In this document: positions 13,680-27,455 of the stretch, one piece after another | Position numbering within the stretch: position 1 is the stretch's first letter | How the letters are laid out: each line of letters starts with the position of its first letter | Source of the DNA: Octopus vulgaris | Taxonomy: Eukaryota | Length of the DNA: 64,000 bases | Direction of reading: 5' to 3' | Assembly (NCBI GenBank): GCA_951406725.2 | Contig: OX597823.1 | Location: 41,106,001 to 41,170,000, forward strand | Position numbers and translations under genes: made by a program | The notes under the pieces: model-generated | The model's database searches: none | Told to the model about the DNA's origin: nothing | Seen by the model: only the letters and a program-made list of their open reading frames with translations

Positions 13680-14060
13680 TTATATTAATGTCTGAATATA
13701 ACTGAATGATATCCATGGGAATAATTGCGCAGTTGGTGGGAGGACGGTCCACTCCTAGTGAAGCTTGTATGGGGTCGGCACTTTTGAATCTGCTGTATAA
13801 ATCATGTATGAACTTGGGAGCCCAGGGCGGAAAATCTTGGGAGCCTTGGTCAGCACACACATTATACCACTGCCAAAAAATCTGAGGCAAGAAATTTCAG
13901 TCCAAGTTGGATTATCTCCCTTATGACTACGAAGTATAGGGAGAGATGTACTCATCAAGAAGTCGTGTCAAATCCGTTTCTTCAGGCCAATACAAAACAA
14001 GTTCTGTATCCTGTTGTTGAGCCCATGTCTGCTTTTGCCAAGGCTGTGTAGTTACTATCA
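13680..14060 (-). pseudogene. possible decayed LTR-retrotransposon (Gypsy-like) pol fragment upstream of integrase
   Basis: minus-strand peptides QQQDTELVLYW, PTWTEISCL, FWQWYN and IHDLY..SLGVDR resemble the RNaseH-integrase linker; weak and frameshifted. Confidence 0.35.
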
Positions 14061-14993
14061 TCGTAGCCGTTCTTTTACATTAAATGTTTCGCTGCTAGCT
14101 ATCCACATTAGCGAGCAATCAATTTTGTCATTGATATCCATTAAGTGTTAATAGTTGTTTACTTCTATAACAACCAACTCATTATTTTCCTTTCACCTTA
14201 TAGGTTTAATCTCAAGAGAAATTATATAAATTCTCATTAACTCTTGATATTCGTCATGATGAATACAGCAGAAATATACACATTGATTTTTGAAGCAATT
14301 TTCATATCTCCATTAAACACAATACATATATACATACCATTAGACGTAGTATTAAATTAAACAGAGTATTATATAATATTATAACACATTAAGACTCTGT
14401 GCCTCGGCCACTTTCTATAGAAATTCATAACTGATGAACTTTGATTAATTGGGTGTTCTTAAAATTTTGTGAGTCATAAACGAGGTTTGCCGTTTCAATA
14501 ACTTCGATGATAATCTTACCGATGATATTTCTCTCCTCTTCAATATCATAAGGTGAGATTTAAGTTCACCGACATAAGACCAATCAATTAAGAAGTGCTT
14601 TTAATTTACAGTGATGAATTTTACCGCCTCATTGTACTTATCTACAGATAGATGATTGAAAAGCGGAAGGAAGACTTGTTAAAGCTAGATAACTTTCAGT
14701 AGATGCACCAAGAAGCGAATGAGAGTAAACAAGCTTAAATCCAAATCAAATATGTCTGAGAGATGTTTGAGTATGTAAAAGTGTTTGTCATAGCGGAAAA
14801 TATTCTTGCCTTTGTCTTAAGCAAGATCTTTTCTTCCATCATATAAACTGTAGTGGTTCAAATATCTCTCAAGCTGGCATTATGGTTGCTTAGACATCTT
14901 CGATTCAGATAAAATAAAGAGTTGGTTAAGAATGCGAACGACACCGTTTCATCTATTAATTCGATGTCACTTTTATCGTACATGTGAGATAAA

Positions 14994-15215
14994 GGCGGCA
15001 AACTGGCAGGATCTTTAGTACGCCGGACGAAACGTTTAGCTGCGTTTCGCCCATCTTTACGTTCAGAGTTCAAATTCCGCCGTATTCATCTTTGCCTTTC
15101 ATCCCTTTCGGGGTCGATGACATAGGCACCAGCTTAGCACTAGGATCGATGTAATCGACTAACCGCCCCGCCATCCAAGAAAAATTCATTCCTTGTGCAT
15201 ATAGTAGAAAGGATT
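14994..15215 (+). mobile_element. SINE family A, full length
   Basis: head, central block and tail present; degenerate TSD TACATGTGAGATA / TATATGTGAGTTA. Confidence 0.88.
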
Positions 15216-15766
15216 ATATGTGAGTTACGTAACATAGTCTACTATAGAGCCGAAGCATATATGTTTCCATATTATCCTGCATATAGAGTCCTCTTCTCGA
15301 CAAGTAATTGAATTGAAATAGAATGAAATTATTTTCCTAAATTTATCAAACAATAAATCAGAGTTATTAACCAGGTTTTAATGAAAGTGATTTATGGATG
15401 AACTTTACAATGTTACGCATGGAACTTGTTACACGTGGAATAAAACATCATTTCTGATTATTAAAAACTTGATAAATCTACTCTCCTCGTTGCTAATACA
15501 CACTGCAGTGCTGTCTGTAAACTCTGGAATTTAGTTTACTAAAGTCAATAATAAAAGATTCGACTAGCTGCCTACTCTGTTGGCTAAGATATATTATATT
15601 TGTCTTTCTAGCGTTCAATTTTGACAAATCATACATTTTTATTTTACTTCATTTTCTTTTAAATTTTTCTGAAACTAAATTTCACTGATAAAATTAGAAG
15701 AACGAAACACAATTAATTAAAATTTTTACAATTGCACTACCTCTCTCTTTGTTTTTTTATTTTCCT

Positions 15767-15803
<37 letters not shown>

Positions 15804-16582
15804 CTCTCTTTTCCTATGACACTTTGTGTCCCCACTCTGTCTGTGAGTCTGCAAGAACACACAAACACAAACACACACACACACACACATACACACACAA
15901 ACGCACACTATATCCTTTACTCTCAGGAGACTTTGCTAAGTCTTAAGCAAACAATGCAAACTAATTTTAAAGAAGTATTTTAAACATTTTACTTACTAAG
16001 GACATATTCCCGCAGATTTATCGATTCCAGGAAGTTATTTGTACTGAGCTTTATAATCAAAAACATTGTCGGTTGTTGTTTTTTATTGTTTTTTTTAAAA
16101 TTATTTTTGTTCGTTTTTTACTACTCTACATTGCAAACAAATATTACGCGTGTTAATGTCAGACTAACTACTCTATTATTAGATATCTCCCTCTAGCTTC
16201 CATTACAATATTAGTATAAACAGAATACTAATTAAACTATAGAACCAGCCAACACAGATCAACTAAAGCTATAGCCGACCTTTCATTGTAAGCGCTAATT
16301 TTCTGCGATCCTACAGTTTATTCCTCTGATATTTAATTACCTAATACCTTTTGCTTCATTCATTCTTTATCCAGATTTAATACATATTCTATTCTACTTC
16401 ACAACCAATATTAACACTTCACATATTCATATATATATAAACACACCTATTAAAACATACATGTGCATACACAGATCCTGCTTTGCCAACGCTAAAACTA
16501 CTTCAAAGCAATTCGTTCACTACGCAAGTATATTTATCTCTTTCAGGTTTGAGTTCCCATCGATATGAACAATCCATTCGCT

Positions 16583-16680
<98 letters not shown>

Positions 16681-16771
16681 TGTAGTGGTGGTGGTGGTGG
16701 TGGTGGTGGTGGTGGTGGTGGCGGCGGCGGCGGCGGTGGTGGTGGCGGTGGTGATGGTGGTGGTGGTGGTG

Positions 16772-16830
<59 letters not shown>
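16583..16830. repeat. compound trinucleotide microsatellite (TAG)n-(TGG)n-(CGG)n-(TGG)n-(TAG)n
   Basis: direct inspection. Confidence 0.97.
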
Positions 16831-17304
16831 TGTTGTCTTGTTTTCCCTCAGGTCAACCCCAATTGTACAAATCTGTGATCAGAAATGTGCCAACTGCGTG
16901 TTTTTTTTTTCAAGGCAATAGGGTGTGATTTGAGGGAATTTGCAGCTGTTTTTACACGTTGAATGACGCCATAGCGGTTCCCACGATAGAATAGAGTGTC
17001 ACAGTAATATGAAATATGTCATTAAATTTAGATTAACAATCCACTTCTCGAAGGAGATTGAATGTCATTTAAAATGAGGAAGCTTTGAGGGAAATATTTG
17101 GAGAAAAAGAATTTATAGATCTAAATTGAAGGCAATACTTCGAATTGGGTTATGTGCTTCAAGAAAATGGAAATCTCAGGCTCAAATATTAATTTCTGCA
17201 AGCATCGCTCATAATTGAAATCCCACGTGAAAATCAAGAACCCAAGCGACATTGGTGATTTTGACACGTTTCGTTGTTGTTAGTGTAGAAACTCACTCAT
17301 AATT

Positions 17305-17505
17305 TATTCTACTATAAGCACAAGATTTGAAAATTTTGTGGAGAAGGGTTTGCCGATTACATCGATCTCAGTGCTTAACTGGTACTTATTTTATCATCCG
17401 AAGGGAGGCAAAGTAACCTCAACTTCGGTGACATCTGAGGTTACAACGGAAGAAATTTCGCTAAGCACTTTGGACAGCGTGCTAACGATTCTACTAGCTC
17501 ACCAA
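17305..17505 (-). mobile_element. SINE family A, diverged
   Basis: CGATTACATCGATCTCAGTGCTTAACTGGTACTTATTTTATC...GCTAACGATTCTACTAGCTCACC. Confidence 0.8.
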
Positions 17506-18265
17506 CTTCAGCTCATGATCTTAATTAATACATAACTTTCGTAATTGATAGTTCTACTGAATAAATTTATTGAATAAAAATATTAAAATGACTTTAAATT
17601 AGAACTACTACATTTTACCAGTTAAAATCTGTTTCGAATTCTTTTAATCTGTTCATGATTAACACGCGACTAAGATTCGGATACATCTAGCAAATATCAA
17701 TTTTCTATTAAGTTATTAATTTGAAACACAAAGCAGAAAATAATGAATTTCGTGTGTATGGCCCTTGAGGCTCTCTCTATAGCATTAAATTTGATGTAGT
17801 GCCGGTGAACACCATTCACTGTGGACTAGAAAATTAAAATTAAAAAAAGGCATGAATCATTAGATAAGAAGAATCATGTTTTGAAGCTAGACTGAAATAA
17901 TTTAAGCAATTAAATAGCTCTGTGTAATTTTAAAATGAATTAATACAATTTAATAATAACAATTTGATTATAATTGAGATATAGGCAAGAAAATCGAAAA
18001 CTACAAAGATGCAGACGGAAGAATATGTGGAAGCTGGTAGTTTTATATTCTTATTTGCTATTAATATATGTAGTCCAACTTATACTTATTATCTAATATG
18101 TATGAGTGTGTGTGTATGAGTAGCGGAGTTGTTACCAGATGCTTTTGTCTAGTCTTTGTGCGTGAATGTATCTAAATTTCATTCAACTTTTATAAAAGCT
18201 GTGATATTTTCAAAATTTTCTAAATCAATAAGTTAATTGTTCTATCTATCTATCTATTTACCGCA

Positions 18266-18296
<31 letters not shown>

Positions 18297-18405
18297 ACTC
18301 TCTCTCTCTCTGCATGCATGTATGTATGTTTTGTATTTACGTAAGTACGTAAGTATGTGTGTCTCTAAGTTTGAATATCTGTGTGTGAGTATATATATAT
18401 TACAT

Positions 18406-18436
<31 letters not shown>

Positions 18437-18702
18437 CTTTTTCTCTTTCTTTCTTTCTTTTTACATATAGTATAAAAAGATGATATATATCTACATTTAT
18501 TATGCAATATCATTGCTTACATCATTGGCTATCGACAACGCTTTATAGGTATTGTCAACTCCGGAAAAACTGATAGAAAATATATTTTCGTGTAACATTC
18601 AGCAGAGCTTGAGTATACAGCCCATAGAATAACACCGGAAGTAAATTCCCTGGGGACATACAGCATAATACGCACACAGACACACACACATACAACACTC
18701 AC

Positions 18703-18734
<32 letters not shown>

Positions 18735-20020
18735 CAGTTTAAAGAGGTAGGTTACATGAAGAAAACTTGTATTGAAAGTCGGCTGTGTATTTATGCAAGA
18801 TTTATATTAGCGGATGCATGTGTGTGTGTGTATGTGTGTGTGTTGTCTATATATGCATGTATGTTGAGTGTATGTGTTTATGCTGTGTATATCTGCATTT
18901 TGTGTATATATGTGTGGTTGCTGTGTGTGTTTTTGTGCGAAAAGTAAAAAAAAAAAATATATAGACGATAACACAGAACTTCCACTGGCATCTATTTAAT
19001 GTACAGAGAAAGAGGGAAACATTTGCTTAATTGCTCCAAATATCGTAACTTGAGAATCTCGTTGTAAGTTTTACATAGATTTAATGGATCACTTGATCAG
19101 AGGTCTTTGATTTGTTTCTAGCCGATAGACAAATTGTAAAAATTACCTTTTAAGCTTTTCAAGGCAGCTTCTGCTTCAATAAATCATTTATTTATGAGCA
19201 TCTATTTATTACTTGCGTACCTTTGAAAAACTCTATACATTCCGAAGAAGATAACTATATTTAGTCAACTTCTCTAGATGTTACATAATAATAATAATAA
19301 TAATAATGATAAATTTTCGTTAGATCTGCAGAGAAGCGACCAATGGAAAATAGCAACTTCTGCAATTTATATATCAATAATCTCACACAACCAGCATATT
19401 GCTCTCTTCTTTTCTTTTTGTTAGCTATAAAAATTCATAGGTTGATTTCCGGTCTCACTGATATTTTCGTATCTTCTGCTGATTCTAGACCGTTTTATTT
19501 CGCTAGGAAGGATTTTTCAAGTAGCCACTCACAGAGCCACAAAGTTATTCATACTAAGTAAGTAAACAGTATGTCTTGAAGAAGGTAAATGCAATTTTCT
19601 CATTGCTACCTACATAGAATGATATTTGGAAATATTCTTGAAAGTTGTACGGTATAGCATGTTGCGAGAAGCTTGCTGTCAGAAATTTCATTTCTGTAAC
19701 CTTCACCGCCATCCCAACTTTTTGTGGCTTCTCCACTGCCTCTACACTCTACAGATATTGTATTTAGTAAACTCTCATATCTTTTACTATTTCTGCTTTC
19801 TTGCTCTTCAAAGCTTTCATAGCACGTAATGGAAGTGTATGTGGTTTTAACTTTATGCGCGCGTATTGTAAATGCGTGTTTGCGTTTAATTTTGCATATT
19901 TCCCCGCGTTTTCCTTGATATTTCTGGAAACGTTTATTACACATAACTACAGAAATAAAAAGGAAACTTTGAATCATGTGGAAATTATTTTTTTTTGTAA
20001 CTTTATGTGTGTTTATTTAT

Positions 20021-20057
<37 letters not shown>

Positions 20058-20904
20058 ATCTTTCAATTTTATGTGTATTTCTCTAAGTATGTACATAAAC
20101 ATACTAATGCAGATATGGACACGGATGTGTGTGTGTGTGTGTATCTGTGGGTAAAGATATACTTATGATTATATTTATATACACACATCTCAGTGATAGC
20201 TTCACACACAAACATACATTTATATCGAGATAAGTATGTAGATGGATAAATAGATAGATAGATTAATAGATACATACATGCATACATACATACATGCATA
20301 CATATATACATACATACATACATACATACATACATACATACATACATACATACATAGATATGTACATAGACATTTGCGTGTGTATGATATACATATTAAA
20401 GCAGATATACACTCATACATTTGCATACACACACATACAAACAAACAAACAAATACACGAGCGTACCCATATAAGCGTGTGAATATCTGTAATGGAATAG
20501 CCCAGGTGGAAATACCAAATTCCAGCAGACATCTGCTCACATTACTCTCCATGCTGGTTCCATTGTTACCAATACAAGCTAACATGTATTAAGAATGTGT
20601 TTTAGGATCTACACCAGTTTTCTCTTCTAATCTTTGGTTTCTATCAGTCTGGCAGCCTATCGCAGCTATCTCGAGTGATCTTGGTCTATGTATTCGTTTC
20701 ACAAGCCAGCCAGGTATAACACTGCGAATATTTGCGTCAGTGTGTGTGTAAGAGAGAGAGAGAAGGATAGAGAGTGAATGTTTAAGGGTGTAAGAGAGGG
20801 AGACTTTTTAGCATATGTGAATGTATGTGTATCAATTTCAACATCTATCTTGCACCGTTTATCAATTTCCAGTTTTACCTATTTCTTAATCAATCAGTCA
20901 TTCA

Positions 20905-20905
20905 T

Positions 20906-20978
<73 letters not shown>

Positions 20979-21003
20979 ATATATGTGTGTGTATGTATAT
21001 ATG

Positions 21004-21034
<31 letters not shown>

Positions 21035-21161
21035 GTATATATGTATATATATATATATGTATGTATGTATATATGTATATATATATATATATGTATGTAT
21101 GTATGTATATATATATAGGTATGTATATATAAATGTTTGTATATATATATGTATATATATG

Positions 21162-21214
<53 letters not shown>

Positions 21215-21233
21215 ATTTATATATATATATATG

Positions 21234-21303
<70 letters not shown>

Positions 21304-21390
21304 GATATAAATATGCATACACACATACACATGTGCACACGCTATATGCGCGTGTGTGTGTGTGCGTGTGTGTGCGTGTGTGTGTGCACG
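20905..21390. repeat. (TCTA)n-(TA/TATG)n-(TG)n compound microsatellite
   Basis: direct inspection. Confidence 0.95.
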
Positions 21391-22059
21391 TATGTACGTA
21401 TATTTCTCTCTACCTGTCTGCCTATCAATATAATAATTATCAGCCTGCTCTGCATATCAACATAGTTTCCTGCCTGCCTGTCCGTCTGTCTGTCTGTCTT
21501 TCTGCCTGTCTGTTTGGCTGTTGTCTATTTGTATATCTCTGTATCTCTGTATCTATCCATGTAATTATTGATCGATCGATGTAATTATCGACCAAAAGTT
21601 CTTTACTGGCTTGCAGCCAGAGTATTTGGCAAGGTATTTTTCCTAGGTCAAGCTATTAGTAAATTGACTCGAAGTATTAGAAAGCTGTGCAAAATAATCC
21701 ATTGTTATCTTGAATAAGTGAAACGTGCAACAACAGCGGTAATAACAATAGGAAGAAGAACAAAATTAGCAGCAACAGGAAGAACAAAAGCAGTACTAAC
21801 ATCACCAGTATCAAAACAGCAAACACCACCGGCAGCACTAGCACCAAGACCAGCGTTTGCAGCGACAATTTTACCGTGAATAACATCAAACAAATATAAA
21901 CACGACAACATCGAGGTCGTCGACAACAATTATATCAACAAAGAAAGGCTACAACAGAAGCACTAATAAAAATAGAAACAACAACAACAACAACAACAAC
22001 AACACCAGCAGCAGCAGCAACAACAATAATCGCAGCAGCAGCTGCAGAGATGCTTTCAG

Positions 22060-22545
22060 TATAGAGAAAAGATCGTCAAAGGTCTCATTAGACCTAAACA
22101 CTGCATTGTCGAGTTCACAGCATCTGAAACAAGCCCCTAAGAATAACAGCTGAACCTCAAAATGGTCTTTCGGATTGCGAGAATTAACGGCCAAATGTCC
22201 TTCAAATCGCATCCTACTGCCATCACAAGCAACATTTTTTTATAATATAGCTTTATGTTTCCTACACCTTGGAGAAGTCGGAATGGTTACAGGTGTAAAG
22301 TCTTCGATCAAAGGTCTGGTGGATCAAGGCTCACCTGAATCTAAACAACAACTGGGCACTTGACCGTCTAAAAATAGTAGCCGACTCATCTTCAAATCAC
22401 ACCTGACCGTCTTTAAAAAAGAACACTTTGGTTAAAGTGGTCTTAGGCTCTCTACACAAAGGAAAATGTGTGATGGTCACGGTTTGAAATCCTTTATTTA
22501 AAGATTTGTTCAGTTAGAGCCGGCTTGGTTCTAAATAACCACAAT
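22060..22545 (+). mobile_element. tandem diverged copies of a dispersed SINE-like repeat (family D)
   Basis: AATAGTAGCC..TCTTCAAATCACACC..GATGGTCACGG..TAAATAACCACAA motif; related pieces at ~4690-4820, 16830-16980, 29920-30060, 49580-49670, 56620-56730 and 63510-63680. Confidence 0.6.
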
Positions 22546-23539
22546 AGTGTTACTCGCATCGAGTGTCAACATTGTACTCCATAAAAAGAAGAAGCCATGA
22601 AGTGATGACCGCTTGATCTCAGTAAAAAAATTGGATTTAAAGAGACTGGTGATGGTTCACATCAGTTAAACTTGCGTTATTTAGAACACATCATTGACAC
22701 TGAAGGGTGTATGTCTAGCTTATTCAAGTACTCTAACTGGCAGTGAATAAACACGCTTGTGGAATTTCCAATCGTAGGTCGATAAAATCGCATTGAGGTT
22801 TGCTGTGGTTATTCTTAAATAATTCACAGTTATTATGAATAAATAATCGGCGTGCTCGCGATATCGTGATATCTTCTATGAGTATCTGTATGTGTATTAA
22901 ATATTAGATATAATATATTACACACAAGCACAAATATTTCTATATATGTACATATAATATATTAAATATATTTTTCAATTAATCTGTGAGTGTGAGTGTG
23001 TGTTCGCGCGATGGATAACAAGATACCAAAAAGAACATATAGACAATTGGTACATACAATATACACCTGAGTCAAATCAACGCTAAAGACTTCATTTCTA
23101 TCTCATCCCAGAGTGTACCTGTCAACTACATGAATCAGAACTTTCGCCTTCCGGATCCATCCTGGTGTCCTGCTGTATATTTATGTTTCTCTCTCTCTTC
23201 AATATGTTACATATATATTTTATAACTTGCTTTAATCCCTTGAAACTACCACTTGATACTTTGTTCTCATACACACACACGCACTCACACATACATAAAT
23301 GCATGTATACATACATACATACATACATACATACATACATACATACATACATACATAATGCATTATATATGCATATTTCCATTACACTGAGTTGCTCGCT
23401 TCCGATCATCAGCTGGTAAAATCGAGCCTTTTCTTTTCAGCATCAACTTCTTTTCCTTGTTTTTTTTAGTCACATGCGCTACATTGGTCTCAAATATTAT
23501 CTGGGACAAAATCGTGCGATGAAAATGTTACCTCATAAA

Positions 23540-24270
23540 ATAAAGGTGAATTTAAAGTTAATTATGCAACTTTTGCGCTAACTATTTGGAAAAATCATAA
23601 TATACAGCGCAGAGGTTGAATCACACAAATGTGATCAACCTAAAACATATGGTGGGCAACAGAGCGCACATTCAAAAGCCGTTATTACAAGCATAAACAT
23701 TGATTTGTCAATCCTGACAGAAAATGTGCTACGGCTTTGTTGAAGTTTATAAGGTTCTTGTAAGAAACAAATCCTCATGAATTCAAAATTATTTAGCCTA
23801 TCGTAGATAATGCGCAACCATACTTGAACGGGAGCTTTCAGGATATCAATAGTTTGAACAAAAGAAATGAGCCGTTAATATCTTGTATGCAAACAGCTTG
23901 AAGCAGTTGCTTTCGCACGTGTCATTCACAAAGGGTTTTTAAACGGATGAACATCAGGATAAGCATTTCTTTCAAACTTTCATTTCATATTTCAAAAGAA
24001 TATTCAGGCTCGGTTTAACCAGCTCTGATACTAGAAATCGGAGCCTTTCAGTTATAATGTAATAAAGAATGCTCTACATTTCTATTGAGTCCTGTAAATT
24101 ATTGCTTCTGGTGAATCACCAGATATATATATACATACTTACCTTTATAGACGACCTGACAGACTCTAATAGCAGAGGTAATATGCCCTCCGGCATTAGA
24201 ATCTGATGAGTCGTCTATAAAGCTAAGCGCTTTATAGATACGAAACCATTGATCACTCTATGACCGGACA
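23540..24270 (+). mobile_element. Penelope-like retroelement 3' end (decayed GIY-YIG endonuclease plus pseudo-LTR)
   Basis: translation IIYSAEV..KTY.G.ATERTFKSRYYKHKH*FVNPDRKCATAL..FKII*PIVDNAQPYLNGS..NSLNKRNEPLISCM matches the GIY-YIG C-terminal pattern of Penelope-like elements; hammerhead fold downstream. Confidence 0.85.
24197..24260 (+). ncRNA. type I hammerhead ribozyme fold (probably decayed)
   Basis: stem I TAGAAT/ACTCTA, CTGATGA 24203-24209, stem II TCTATAAAGC/GCTTTATAGA, GAAAC 24242-24246, cleavage triplet ATC (GTC expected). Confidence 0.75.
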
Positions 24271-24284
24271 TATATTTAACTGTA

Positions 24285-24519
24285 AAAGGCGGCGAGCTGG
24301 CAGACACGTTAGCGCGCCGGGCGAAATGCTTAGCGGTATTTCGTCTGTCGTTACGTTCTGAGTTCAAATTCTGCCGGGCTCGACTTTGCCTTTCATCCTT
24401 TCGGAGTCGATAAATAGAGTACCAGTTTCGCACTGGAGTCGATGTAATCGACTTAATCCCTTTGTCTGTCTTTGTTTGTCCCCTCTATGTTTAGCCCCTT
24501 GTGGGCTATAAAGAAATAT
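24285..24519 (+). mobile_element. young full-length SINE A (tail type B) with 15-bp TSD
   Basis: perfect direct repeat ATATATTTAACTGTA at 24270-24284 and 24520-24534; intact head and tail. Confidence 0.95.
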
Positions 24520-24833
24520 ATATATTTAACTGTATGTGTATGTATGTATCGTATATATATAATATTTTATAATTATGAGTGTAATTATAATTAGGGTTCA
24601 GCAAAAATTTGCTTTACCACATATTGAACTTTAGAAATAGCAGCCAAAGAACCTTAGCTATTTCTTCTACTATAAGAAGAAACTCCCGGACAACAAAATA
24701 CTCAAAATTATACTCATAATCATAAAATATTGTTTAAGTTTACCGATAAATGGTCCTTTTAACATGTCGAATACTACTTGGTGGAATTATTAATTACTAG
24801 TTAATTAATAAATTTTACCCTTTATTATTATTG

Positions 24834-24882
<49 letters not shown>

Positions 24883-25790
24883 TTTAACATGAATTAAAAT
24901 ACAAGTACATGAGATAATCCCGTAAAAGCCATTCCAATTGACATAGCAGGTGTAAAAGTGCAAGGGAAGCCGTTGCATTTGAGAATCGAAATCACTCCGC
25001 AGATTTTATATTGAGAAATTTTGAAAAATCTCTTTCGCAAGACTCGCTTGAATTAACACTAAATTGACAAAAAGGAGGATTTAACAAGACAGATCCTATC
25101 GTCCGGTGTTGGATTCAAATGAGGGATTTATTTATTAGCTATGATTCTGATATCTAAAGCAATTCTTCTCTCCTATTCGGTTAACATGCTGCGCTGCTAT
25201 CATATACTTAATTTAATTTGATGTAATACGAATGTAAATTTAACGAAAATAGTTTATTGATTTTACACTTGTCTTCTTCCTAAACACAGAATGGATGGTA
25301 TTAAAGAGACGACGTAGTGAAGATTGTGTATATATCAGAAGAAGATGATTATTTTATCACCAAGTTTCAGCTTCGGTATCTACGGAATATGTAGGAGGGA
25401 AGCATATTTTTGCATGCATTTACATCGACGCGCGCACACACACACAAAGCGAATTCATTTTCGTATTATTCGTATATATTAAAAAGAATGAAGTATTTTG
25501 AGTGATTACTGAATCAATTTGGACAATTTGAATATATTAAATACATAGCACGTAGTATGACATGAGAAAACACACACAAATACAAATATTTTTACACATG
25601 TATTATATATTGAATAAATTATCTTATATCTATCATCTATGTACCTATCTATCTCTCTAGATTGATAGGTAGGTATATAGATAGATAGACAGACAGATAG
25701 ATAGATAGACAGAGAGAGAGAGAGAGAGAGAGATAACAGTGGCATGAAAATCGAGTCGCGAGATAAACATACTCGCTCAATAAACCATAC

Positions 25791-25824
<34 letters not shown>

Positions 25825-25949
25825 TGTCACGTTTGCCTTTATTATTCCTAACTTCTCGTTCGGAAATTAACTTGTTTTTTTTTCTATTCTGTATGCAGCC
25901 TCAATAATTTATTTCCTTTTCAAACTGATTTTCATCACATTCATTATCT

Positions 25950-26147
25950 CTAGTATTGGCACAAGGACGGAAATTTGGGGAAGGGGTTAGTTGATATCAT
26001 TGACCACAGTATTTGACTGGCATTTCATTCTATTGACTCTGATCCGATGAAAAGCAAAGTTGACCTCAGCAAGATTTGAGCTCAGTACGTAAAGGCATGG
26101 AAGTAAAGCATTTTTCCGACTCGCTGACGATTCTGCCAGCTCACCAC
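25950..26147 (-). mobile_element. SINE family A, diverged
   Basis: GGCACAAGG..ATGAAAAGCAAAGTTGACCTCAGC..GATTCTGCCAGCTCACC. Confidence 0.8.
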
Positions 26148-26227
26148 TCTTTCTTTCGTCGCATTAATAAAATTAATTTGCCACTTTTTTCTTGTTTAAA
26201 TTCTTAGTTGGGTCACAAATTTCAGTA

Positions 26228-26330
<103 letters not shown>

Positions 26331-27276
26331 GTGTAATGAGATGAAACGTGCTGAAACATCCAATCTCAATTGTTTCCGAATGTAACTCTCCGCGTATTTT
26401 TCCATGCTTTTCCTTCTCAAGTATAATATCTTTCATTTAAATAATTAATGAACAAAAGTTTTGTTCATAAACAAAGCGAGAAATACATCATGTAGAGAAT
26501 ATAAAAATTATATTACACGCACTTATGCGGTAAAGAAAGAACAATATTAGAAACATTTATTCAGCAGTGAGGATTATTGTAATTATTTCAACAAGTACAG
26601 AAGATAACTAGATATGTTTCAGTATTATTCGACATTAGCATGTTAAAAATTATTAATGTAACCTCAATGAGTAATGTGGGGAAATAGCACAGTGTGAACT
26701 TACTTGGACTACACCTTTCAGTTTCTGTTACCAAATGTAGAAAAGGTGTTTCGATCATCTTGGGCCTTACTCAAGTCTCCCTCTTTTGTCGTTAAGTAAT
26801 TATATACGAATTTGTCCCCAAACTAAATTCTGTGGTGGTTTAAACTCATTCTCCTCTGAATTGAAAAATGAAATCAGACAAGAATTTGTGTTTAGGGTCC
26901 AGTACCCTCGCCAGAAACCTTTTAACACGTCAACCGCTTTTCTTCCCATGTACACTGTTTTTCTGCTGAGCTTAATCATAAATGCTGGCTGCACTCTGGA
27001 ACTCACTACCATGGTTTGATCTACGATGTTCAGCCCTCTAAGCATTATGTCAGCTGATGTCTTTTGAACTTGTAGCCCCTTCTGTCATTGTTTTACGCTC
27101 CAGTAGCCTGAAGCCTTGTTCGGGACAAAATCGTATAAAAGACTATGAATTTTCTTTGATTTCAGCTGAAGCTAGCGTCCATGAAGTTAGGAGTGGTTTG
27201 CCTTTCTCTTGCAAAGGTTTCTACCTCACTTCCCGTATTCATTACAGTGGTAACTATAACCTGAAGTGCATCACCT

Positions 27277-27415
27277 AGTATTTAGAGTGTTGGGTTGACG
27301 ATCGTTAGTTCGTAGGTTCAATTCCTTGACCAGGCAGCGCATTGCGTCCTTGAGCATGACATCATTTCCCTTTGTTTTAGTTTATTCAGCTGGAAATAAA
27401 TACCAACCGACTAAT
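27277..27415 (+). mobile_element. tRNA-headed CORE-like SINE fragment
   Basis: TAGTATTTAGAG A-box-like, GGTTCAATTCC B-box-like, TTGCGTCCTTGAGCATGACA CORE-like block. Confidence 0.55.

Positions 27416-27455
<40 letters not shown>

Noticed and set aside
20480-20740. Complex island between microsatellites with a weak endonuclease-like peptide (SLEIAAIG) on the minus strand
   Set aside because: Similarity is too weak to classify without a database search.
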